A stretch of 64,000 nucleotides of DNA from Chrysomallon squamiferum. Taxonomy: Eukaryota > Animalia > Mollusca. This document shows, piece by piece, positions 1 through 12,400 of this stretch. Position numbers and translations under genes: made by a program. Within the stretch, counting starts at the first letter, position 1. Each line of letters starts with the position of its first letter. A model generated the notes under the pieces. That model ran no database searches and was not told the origin of the DNA. It saw only the letters and a program-made list of their open reading frames with translations. The stretch spans positions 34,968,001 through 35,032,000 of the forward strand of contig CM022671.1 of NCBI GenBank assembly GCA_012295275.1, written 5' to 3'.

Positions 1-193
1 TCAATGATTTTTGGTATAAATAATGCATATTATAGAAAAATGTATTTATTTTTCTAGATATAATTTGTCTCTCTAATATAATTAAATAATACTGTTGGGC
101 TTTCAGTTTGTCTTTTTTAATAATAATTAAATATAACAAACTTCAAAGATACATTATTCCATAAAATTGAATTTTACTGAAATTTTTACTAAC

Positions 194-2440
194 TTCTTTG
201 AGTCCTGTAGGATAACTGTGGCATTTCTAGATATAGGACTTTCCCTACAAGCTTTGAGCCAGCCCAAAGCATTGTACTGAACTGGGTTTGTGCCTTGGAA
301 ATGATTCAGAATAAACGTGTGACCCAGGGAGCCTTTCCTCAGCAAACTGTCTTCTGAAATAACAAAATATTTCCTTAACTGCAAAACTTTATTATTAAAG
401 GTCACTACATCAGGTAATCTTGACCATGCAAGAGATTTTACTAATCTCCTGTGATGAAATCAATGTCAGAACTTTCAGTACTTCTCTCTATATATAATGG
501 ATAAAATGTTCACATTCTAAAACAATTTATCAAAAAGGGGAGTAACTCTGACAACCTAGCTAATTTTTTGAGTTGAAGATTAATTTTTTCATTAATAAAG
601 ATTGTTTATTCAAACTTAACAGTTATTTATTAAAATAGATTTCAGATTTCAGATTTCTACAGTCTGAAGAGTCAAACATTAAAATAAGGTGGAATGGGAA
701 ATCATTATCAAGTTTTAAGACTGGATTTTGATTGTTTTCTTTACTTTTATTAAAAATATCAAAGAAACAATTCATAAAAAAAGTTGAAAATTATTACAAG
801 TAATGCAAGTTAAATTATAAAAATTACAAACATTAAAATTTAACTAAGCTAAACACTGACAGAGAAAAAGAAAAATAATTAACATTTTTAGATAACTTTA
901 ATGAAATGTAAAAACAATGAATATTTTCAGCTAATGAAGAGAGGGAGAAATAAAAATATTCAGCTGAAAAGAAATAAAATTTTACTTCTGACTGGATGTT
1001 CTCCATGATGTGAAAAGAAACGATCCATGAAAGAATCTTCTGTAGCTCCAGGAAATATGGCCTCCTCATCCAGTATCCATAGCAACCCTTTTTTCTCAAT
1101 GTCTCTCAGGTCAGTATTTGATGATCTTAACTATAATTGATATTAACAATTAGAATGTATTTTAAATCTAACATTCAAAGTAGCTTTATAAAAATTATTT
1201 TAACTGAAAAATCTTCTTCTTTTTTTTTTTTGTATTAGCAAATAAATATCAATCTCATTCAATATTAAATATTAAAATGCAGCAAAAGTGAAATAACAAT
1301 GGCTATGTACCTTGATTTTTCATACCTCTAATATATATCTGCAAATGACTTTTGTATATTAATTTTGATTTTGGGAATTTAGAGTTTGGACTTTTGTTGA
1401 GTAGATGGTACTGCACTGTAGATTTTTATACTTTCATTAAATGTTTTAGAAAAATTAAAATAATAATAATAATAATAATAATACTAAATGGTTACCAGAG
1501 ACTGCTGAGAAGATCTATCCAGAAGAGAAACCATGGCTGCCGGGCTGTTTGTGACAAAATCAAAATCACATTCGATGTTCTCCTGAAACAGAAAGATAAA
1601 ACAAAACACTGATTTTATTGTGAGAAAGCTAACTTCTAAAAGAAACAGATCACCAGATATTTCTTTTTTCTTTTTTATATTACTATTAATTTTACTGTTT
1701 TTTGGGGGGGGGGGTAACAAAATTTCTATAGTACCATTTTGATCATCAGAAATGTTAAAAACAACAAATTTATTTTCATTTTATTAACTGAACTTTCTTG
1801 GTAGTGTTCGACTGGAAACCAATATCCTAGCCACTGAACCACTGAGGTTATCTGGTTGTATTAAAAAAAAAAAAAAACAGTTGTGCTTTTCTGATCTAAA
1901 ACACATTCACAATATTATTTATTTACAAAAGACAAACTGAAGAACTAACCTGAGCATATCTGTCTTGCTGCTGAGTGAAGGTCAGGTCGTGGAAGTACAG
2001 CTGCAGTCGTTCCTGTGTGTAGTTGTTGCACAGATCCTCAAACGTTGCTCCCGTCTGTCGACCACACGATGAGGGATTCTGAAAACCGGGAGTGTCCACT
2101 ACAACGATTGACCGACCAGCCCGGACATTGGAGGACAGAGATCTGTGACGTAATGTAAATATATATTACAATATACATATATATAAATAAATAAATAAAT
2201 ATTACAATATATAATAGATAAATAAATAAATATGATATATAAAAAATAAATAAATCTACAGTAAACAAATAATATACAAGAAACGAGTGAATAAATAACT
2301 AATTTTATACTATGTGAAGATATTCATTGTTAAATATGATGTTTTCTTATTATAGCTAACAATAAATAAAAAAATTTGAAATATTTGAAAAAGATTAATA
2401 TTAGGCTAGCATAAAACAGAAAAATTAAAATATGCATTTT

Positions 2441-2492
<52 letters not shown>

Positions 2493-4444
2493 TGATGGTA
2501 TTATGACAATCTTCTACATTTTAATAAATCTGAATGCTAAAACATGTTACTTACCTGTTGATCAGTGAAACGATGGCATTGAAGCAGTCTGAGTAGAGAC
2601 CAACAATAAACCCTTCAAGATGTTCTATAGCTGATGCCCCTGCATCAACCCCATAGGATGATTTGTCACCCCCACTCGATACTCTGAGAAATACATGTAT
2701 AACAAAAATATATTAAATAAAATACCACAAAAAAATACAAGAAAACTTTTAACACACTTTTATAGCTATTCAGTACATGTGTTAATATACCTAATGTAAA
2801 ATAAACATTAAATATATAAATAAATAAATTTAATACATTTGTAAGCATACAGTGAAAACCAAATATAAAAATAATGAACTCATATATATATATCTACAAA
2901 ATTTTTTTATTTATTTACTGACATTCCAAATTAACTATTTACGTTACCAATACATGCTTCAATGAATCTTTGCAATCAGTGTTATAGATCTGATGATGAA
3001 AACACAAACAAACATAATGCCTGGATGATCCACTCACCTCATGGATGTACTGCGGGTGAGGGTGGATGTTCCTGACACTGTGAAAATGGATCTGGCCAGC
3101 TCCTCCACGGTGACACCTAGCAGACCGGCAGCCTTTTGCGCAGCAGTGGGATTAGCAAACTGTGACTTGTTGTTGGTTCCTGGACAACAGAAAAAAAATG
3201 AGTGATTAAAAATTTCACTACTGAATTATTTGTGATTTGCAAGACAACCACATTTTGAGAATAAAAATAAATCTGAATTTCACTTTAATCAGTATCATCA
3301 AGACAGAAGTGAAAATCAAAGATTCCTGGGTTCTGTAAAAATCACTATTAAACAGAAAGTTTCTGCCACTTTATGTCAGTGAAAAGTTTTAAATATTAAT
3401 TAATCTCAAATTAATTATAAAATATATGGACCAAAATGTAAAGGAATTCAATATTAAATATTATTAGATAAAAAAAAAAACCAATTGAGGAAAGTGAGAG
3501 AACAAAAAAGTCACCTGCAGTGCCAAACATATTACAAATTTCTTTTACAACTGAAAAATGTTTAAACTGTTTCTTTGCCAAATAAAAAAACAAACAAAAA
3601 ATTCAATTTTTTTTACAAATCGATCAGTCAGTCAATCAGTAAATAACAAAAAAAAATATTTTTGAATATAATATATGTAATAACATAATTATTATTAGAA
3701 TAATATTAAACATTTTTTCCTTTCAAAGTCTATTGTTAAATGTGTAAACCTTTGACTGCCTTGGCAACACCGAGATGATATATGGCAGCAAGAACAGAAC
3801 AGATGGCTTTCACTTCATCTTCCTTTATAGACAGGACGTCCATAGAGTGCAGGATTCGCCCCCAGCTCAGAATGGCTCTCTGTCTGTCTTCTTGCTGTAA
3901 TACAACAAAATAATTCACATCTTAAGATGATGCTGAAATCATTACATTTTAATACTTTTATATATTGTGTGTGTGTGTGTGTGTGTGTATGTGTCCGAGT
4001 GTGTTTATGTGTGCATGTGCATATGCCTGTGTTAATATGTGTGTTAATACATGTAGGTATCTCTTGACAGGTGTGTGTATGGAAAAGGTTCCAAGTAATT
4101 AAGTATGGGTGAACAGAAATGAGCATGGGTTGGAATGACTATGGGGATGGTTGACTATGAAATGTGTATGGGTGGATGGGTATGGGTTGACAGGTGTGTA
4201 CAGAAGGGACATAGATGGCTAATGTTGTGAGTAGTGTGAGTGTGAAATCTGGTATGTTTTTTATTAGCTGTTTATCAGATCAAATGAAAAGAAATGTTTA
4301 CTTTTTGTAGAGGAGTCAGTAACATACTGTGTTCATTCAACATCTGTAGCTGCAGTTCATTCCTAGATTGGAAAAAATAACATAAATAACACAACATAAC
4401 ATAACATAATAATGATAACAGTTGTATGTAGTAGTAATAGTAGT

Positions 4445-4477
<33 letters not shown>

Positions 4478-4627
4478 GAAAGGTAAGTTAGAAGATAAAC
4501 TAATCTACAAAGCATGTCAAACAAATAAATAAATAATGTAGCAATAATGAATGAATGAATGAATGAATATAAAAAAATAATAATAATATAAAAAAAAAAA
4601 TAAAAAAAAAAATAAAATAAAATAAAA

Positions 4628-4675
<48 letters not shown>

Positions 4676-5791
4676 GTAGCAATAACCTTTTTCAAACAAG
4701 AAAATAGTTTATGTAATAATGAAAAGCAAGACCAAATATATTATAAAGATTTTCAGAATTATGTGGGGGGACAGGGTGGTGGATGGGCGTGGTAGTGTAT
4801 TTCGTTAAGTTTACCTCAGTGTTGAGTCAACACCAGCCAACAAGTGATAGAGAATGTGGAATGTAGGTTCTCCCTCCGGTCTTCTCACAATTCTTGTCTT
4901 CTCAAACATCAGTATCTGATGAAATACCATTCTAATACATTAACTTGTAATATTTAAATATTTTAAATAAATAAATAAAGAAGCAAACAAACAAACAACT
5001 ATTTATAAAATAAAATAAATATTTAGAAATTTAAATGAATGAATGAATGAATGAATGAATATAAAAAAAATAAAAAGAATAAATATAAATAAAAATAAAA
5101 AAAAAAAATAAAATAAAATTTTAGCACTCAAAAATTTTGAGAGACAGACAGACAGACATAAAATCAAAAATAAATAACATGGATTAAAAGTCATATTTAT
5201 AAAATAAAATAAATAAAAATTCTCTAATTCATAAAATCAACTGTAATACTAAAGACTGATTACACATGTTCTAAAACTCAAAAACACATCCAGTTTTTAA
5301 TGTTATGTGAACATTACTGTTATTATTATTATATTTATTTTCCTACACCCTCAGTAACTTACATGATGTCAGGAAAATTATGGTTTCTGTTAAGTTAGCT
5401 TTCGTGAACTTGCTAAAAAATAATTAAAAATATATCTAATTTTTATGTACATGAACTCGTGTTGTTTTTACTGATCTGCATCTTGTTACAGTAAATTTCA
5501 AAAATTTATAATTAATGACATGATGACAGGAAAGTTATGGTTTCTGTCAGGCTACTTGAACGTGTTAAAACAACTGAGAAGCTCTGCACACAAACCTGTA
5601 TCGAAGCTGAGGCTATCTGTCCTGAATGGTCGAAGTCCACGGTTGTGATGCGAGTGAAGTGACTGGCGTTAGTGTTCAGCAGTGTGCGACTGTTTCCAAA
5701 CGATTCCAGCAGAGTGTTCACAGCATTCAGCTTCTCCACTACAAACACAAAGTGTTAGATGATAATAATAATAAAAATAATAATAATAATT

Positions 5792-5860
<69 letters not shown>

Positions 5861-8800
5861 GTAATAGTAATAATAGTAATTGTAATAGTAATAATAATAA
5901 TAATATTAACAATAATATAATAGTAATAATAATAATAGTAGTAATAATAATAATTTAATAATAATAACAATAATAATAAATATAATAATAATAATATTAA
6001 TAATAATAATAATAAAAGAAATGATAATTATCATAGGAATAATAATATTAATAATAATAACAATAATAGTAATAGTAATAATAATAATAATTGTAATAAT
6101 AATAATAATATTAACAATAATAATAATAGTAATAATAATAGTAATAATAATAATAACAATAATAATAAATATAATAATAATAATAGTAACAATAATAAAA
6201 ATAAAAAAATAATAAAAGAAATGATAATAATCATAGGAATAATAATTATTACGATATCTGATTACAAGTGTGAAAATCAAAGATAAAGGTTGCTTCATTC
6301 AATATCATGTTTTCAGATTATCTTGTAAGGTACTGGATAAAACTAAATCTAATAAAAGAATCCTGTAAGTCATCAACAGGAATCAACTGTACCTTGTCTC
6401 ATTATGTCCACCCCAAGGAAGAAATTAAGTCAACATTAAATAACAACCGAGAACACCATTTAAAAACAAATGACTAAAAATACTACGGAACACAAACATC
6501 CAAGAATGGTTCTTTGCTGAAACATAAAATATCAAAATCACACAGCATTAAAAGAATCATAGAAAACCAGAAAATTATCATATAGGATAAACAGACCAAT
6601 AAGGACATTGAGGAGAACCAGATTCTGTGACATATCAATCCTCAGACTACATTAACCAGTGAGCTAGGCCCATGGTGATATGTGTTTACCTGACAAGATG
6701 TTGTTAACTGATCCAGCTGCCACTGTGAGGTACTGCAAGACATGGTTAGAACACATAGTTTTACCACCCCACTCCTGCCCATCATAATAATCGACTGATC
6801 TCTCCGTGAACTCAGCATCTCTCGGTACGCTATCTGTGCCATGGAAAATATGTGTGGTGGAATGTCCTCCTGCTTGCACCCTTTGAACATCTGAATGACC
6901 TGTCAAAATATAATTTTATAATTAAAATAAATTAAACTGATCTTTAGAAGGTTGTAACAATGTGACAAAATTAATCACCTGTCAAAATATAATTTTACAT
7001 AATTAAAATGGAATTAAATTTGTCTTGAGAAGGAGTTTGTAACAAGGTGAAAAAACAAAACACCTGTTGAAATATAATTTGAAATAAATAAAATGGAATT
7101 AAACTTGAATTTAGAAGACATTTATAACAATGTGACAAACTGAATGACCAGTTAAAATGTATATTTTGATGATTAAAATGCAAATAATCTTATCTTTAAA
7201 AGTTTATAAAAATGTCACAAACAAATCACCTGTTAAAATATGATTTAAAATTTTTAAAAATGCAATTAAACTTGTTTTTAGAAGTTTATACCAATCCAAC
7301 AAAACTTAAACACTGAAAAATAATTTTCTTAATATCAATACATGTCTGGGTATTGGTCCTTTTACAAAAATTTCATAATCATAATTTAAAAAAATTATTT
7401 ATCTACAAAAAGAACACAGAAACATCCAGTTTAAAGTGAAATAATCACCTTGTCAGAGTACAGTGGTAAATGCTGTACAGGATTTACGACAATCAGAGAG
7501 GGACCTGCATATGTGTGGATCAGATTGACTGCATAGCGCTGTCGGATTGTGTGCAGTGCACTAGATTCATTCAAGTACCGCAAAGATGCCAAATCTTCAG
7601 CTCGGTCAAACTGGGGTGGATTTGCCTAGAATATGAACAAAATTTGATGAAGTTTCTAAATACACACACTCACCAAAAAATTATAAAAAGAACGTTAAAG
7701 AAATTGAAAAGTGCCAAAAAAAAAAAAAAGTTTTTATAATATTAAATTTTTTATTTTTATTAAAGACATTATGAATTAAAAATGCAATTGATGGTTTTAT
7801 AAATATAACAAATAAAATATAAATGATAGCTGTTATAACTTTGTTAATAAGCCATTCAAATTGACATTTATCTTCAGTGTAAAAATACCAATAAAGTTTC
7901 AGTATTAAAATATTTGAATTTATGTAGGTTTTTGATGAGTAAATTTGTGTTACATATATATATAGATTTTAATTTCTTCCATAACAAAAATCTAGAAAAC
8001 AGGAGACTTCTTTTGCAATATTTTATTATAAGCAAATCCCAATCTTTGAAGGAAAAATAAAATAATTTAAAAGGTATAAAATATATTTTGGCTACTAGCA
8101 TCACAAGCACAGTAATATTTTAAAATACATTGCAGTACTGTTAATTACTTTTTCAATATCATCTTCATCAACTTCGAGGACATCTCCTTGATTTTCTAGT
8201 TTAACTTTCAGTTTGCCCTCAGGTACAGATTCACTGGGACTGGGTTTGAGTAGGTGAGCTGTGGCAAACCCACCCTTGTGAATGAGCCACACCTGCTCTG
8301 CATCAAACCAAGCCTTTTCTGTCTGAACCTCATCTTCTGTCTTAGCCTGTAAGAAAAAACAGAAACATTAAAAAAAATAATATAAAAATAATAACAACCA
8401 ATCCAGACAATTGAATAAACAGAAAAAAAGACACAGAATTTTATATAATCATTTAAATTTTTTTTTTTAAAAGACAACATAAGTTTCTGTATTCAAAACA
8501 GTCCAAAAACTCTAATATATGACTATTTGTGCTGTTCAGAAAAAAATATAGAAATTTGGGAGCTTTTCAGATTCTGAAATTTCAAATAAGGCATCATCAA
8601 ACTATAGAGTGATATAAAATTAGAAACAAAAACAACAATATAATAATAACAATATCAATAATGATAATAATAGTTAGTAATAGTAACAATAAATATAGTT
8701 TACTATTTTAAATGAAAATATAAAAGTGTGAACAAAAAGAAATCAAACAATACTCAGAATGTATGTTACTATTTTGAATGTTATTATTTCAGTGTTTTGT

Positions 8801-9443
8801 CTATGTCTGAATATATTCCCCACATCTATGCAGTTTTTATTGTAAGATGGATTAAATTAAAACAAAACAAAATTGAATTACCTTTTCTTTAAACTTTGTA
8901 TGTATAATATTAAGTGCTGGAGAAATGACTGTGCATTTTCCCAATTAAAATTAAAAAAAAATAAATGACAGTTGAAGAGATTATGTACAAGATTTTTAAA
9001 ACTAAAAACCCAAAAGTAAAATAAAAAAAAAATAAAGGCTATTATTTATTTATCATCATCATCATCATTTGCAGAAACTAAATATGATTTCCATTTATCA
9101 AAATGTCTTAAGGTTAAAAAAATACTTTGAACAGTGACTAATTGTAAAACAAAATCTGTGTTCTTTGAATTAGACATTTATGTTTTAAACCAGTCTTCAA
9201 ACAAAGTGATTAATGTTAATTAATGAGGTTTTTGCTTTGTTGTTTTTCTTCTGACTAACATTAATAAACAGCTTTAAAACAGCAACCTACTCAAGTAAAA
9301 CCACAGAGTAAAATCTAAAATCTCAAAAATAAAATTACAAACTAAGAAGCTAGCATTAAAAAAATATTTTATGTTTTGTATTGCAATTATATTTTATTAT
9401 TTCTTTTTTTGCTTTATTTTTTAAATTATATTAATTATCACTT

Positions 9444-9494
<51 letters not shown>

Positions 9495-12400
9495 CTTTTT
9501 ATTGACTCTTACATTAACTTAAATAAAATATAAAATATATTTATAATAATTATGTGAAAAATTCAGAATTTGGCTTTATCAGTGAAATGGTGCAGCTTAA
9601 CAATTTTGCTATGTATATTATATTTTCAATAAAGGGTCTAGATGACAGCAACAATTATCACTAACACAGATGTGTACGTATTAAAATATGTGACCCTCAG
9701 GGCAATCATGTGTCAATGTAAACAACTGAATTGTTTACTTTGTGTGCCGATGTAAAGATATGACTGATTATTCTTTACAGACAACAAAATACATATTAAT
9801 TCACATACACCAGAATATTCACACATCCATATATGTTTGCACATCCTGTGTATATTTACATGCATATGCACATACACACAAAGAACACACTAATGCATGC
9901 ACACATATAAAACACACAAACAATCACTAACATAAACTATTCATTACTATGTCAAATTTGTTTTTTAATTTTTTTTACTTTTATTTATTTATTTATTTAA
10001 GTATTTATTTATTAACTGTTATATTTTTTTTTTTTTTTTTTTTACATGCATCAAGGTTTTCTTTGTTAATATATATTTTCTCTCATACTGTACCAAAAAT
10101 ATTGCAATTTAAATAGAAAAAAATATATGAATGAATATGTTAAGTGACTCTCCAGTAAAAACTTTATCTCAGCTTTCAGTGAATAAGTTAAGTATATCAT
10201 TATATGAATGAATGAATGAATGATCAGTATTAAAATGAAAATTTTAAAATTAAGTTAAAACAGGACTGTAAGGTAAGAAAAAGGTATATCAGACTTTTTA
10301 ATGATCAGTAATTAATCACTGGCTTCAGAACTTCAATAAACAAATCCATCAGCCTGGATATGAGAGATCAAATTAAAATGTAAAAACCTCACAGCTTTAG
10401 GCACTGTAACATGGATTCTACACACCTGTGATTTCTTTTGTGACAGAGATTTTAAAGCCTCTTCTAAATCAAACAAACTCTGTTGATTCAAAACCTCTTG
10501 ATCCTTTATCGACATCTCACCCATAGTGGCAGATCTTCTGCCATGTTTTTGAGATCGTACTTTAGATTTTGACTTGGAACCACTGCTTGTCTGACTGATA
10601 CTCTTGTAACTTCCCTTCCTGACTTGACTAGAATGTACACTGTGTCTGCCTTCTGCACCTGTTACACTTCCACCTTTGTCCATACTGGTCTGTTTTACCA
10701 GTCTTTCTGAATCATGTCGTCTTACCCTTTTCTTCATGTCCACTTGATCTGTTTTCTCCTCAAACACAACATCACTGTCATTCAGTCTGACTTTCAGTCT
10801 AGTTTTCTGTTTAACTTTATCATTTTCCTGAGATAACGTAGGAGATGATGTGCCATTACCAATGTGGCTGCTTCTTCTTCTCTGGGTCTTAGAGACACTG
10901 ATACCATCAGAGACATCTGAAGCAATGCTGCTGTGACTGTCAGCTCCTGTGATAGGAGAATGTCTCCTGTGAGTCCTGGAATCAACCTCAGTGTAGCTGT
11001 TGCAGCGAGACACCTGTCTGTCTGAACTACCAGAACTCACATTACTGTGACTGTTACTTCGGTTAACACCAAAACTCCTCCTCTTCATGGCAGCATCGTT
11101 TCCTCCATGTTTGTTCATCATCATTTCATCATTGACGCTGTGCAAGCTGCGTCTGAACTTTGTCGAGTGTCTTCGGTGTAGACAGATCACAGCTGTTTCT
11201 GTGTGATGATGAGCGAGATTTCCCCGAGCGTGATATGTCAGAGTCGAGACTTCCAGCTCTCTGTGACTTTTTAATTCGCTGGGGAGGGGCGTAAGGATGA
11301 GTCACCTCAAAATGTATAACTCTGTGACGAGAACAGTATTCACAACCGAGTTTCCTGTCTGATGCAGGACCAGCTTGCTGCTGGGTTTCTTCAGTAAATG
11401 TATAAGCTTTTGGAGATTTCGGTGATTTGGGAGACATAACTTGCTTTTTATCAGCATCAGTCTTTTCAGAGATCATATATTCATGACCATTTCCACAGAC
11501 CCTGTTTGATGATATCCTTGAATCTTCTTCTGCAGTGTTTAAGTTTTCAGAATTAACTATATCACCACAGTTTTCTTCAACAGTCATTGAAAAATTTATT
11601 GTTCTTTTTTCAGATTCTGGTTCACCATTTGGATGGTGTTTTCCATTGCTGAAAGGAACATCCATGTCAGCTATTTGCACATTTTTCTCCATGCTCTGTT
11701 TAGCTAACTGAAGATCTTCCAGACGTGGAGGGCCTGTTCTTTTCACTGCTCTGTCACTTCTTCTCCTCCTTGAGTATGAGACATCACTACCAGATGAAGA
11801 AGAAAAACTCGAAGACTTCTGAATTCCCAAAGGATCAGCAGCATGGTCAAAGAGGACCTCCCCTTTGCCAGTCAGTTCACAAAATTCTACTGTATTACCT
11901 GCCATTATCTACACTCACGTACAGTTTTTAATTCCCTCTAATGGTCTCTTTGTGTGAGGCAAAGTTTTTGTTAAGTAAGTTAAGCCACACAAAACACATC
12001 TATTAATGGCTTTTTGATTCAGTTAAGATTTGTCGAGGCTTACCACACAGAACAATGCTGTAACTGAGAAAAAACACAGAATGAACGACTCGCCTAACTA
12101 TAAACCTTTCATGATGATTAATTATGTCAGTTCAGTGTACTCTGTTCATTTGCAGGTCATGTGTTACAGCATTTAAAAACACATGTGACGTCAGTTCTGT
12201 TTCAGTTAGGTGCATCATTAATCCACAAAACACTCGACATCAACAAAATAAAATTGAGATTTGTTTTGCAAGGTGATTAAATTTGTTCAAAAAAAGTTAC
12301 CTAATTTTAACTAATTATCATTAATTCCTGCCAAGAAAAACACAAAAATTAAACCAGCAGGACAATACTAATTCTTTTTTTTCCTTCTTTTTTTTTTGTT

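Noticed and set aside
1786-1848. tRNA-like A box TGGTTCAGTGG on the minus strand
   Set aside because: No intact B box or cloverleaf; at most a decayed tRNA-derived SINE fragment (similar weak traces near 40925 and 43925).
4140-4190. G-run cluster as G-quadruplex
   Set aside because: Irregular long loops in a degenerate GT-rich repeat.
5626-6298. Poly-N/I/L/Y ORFs
   Set aside because: Translations of the AAT microsatellite.
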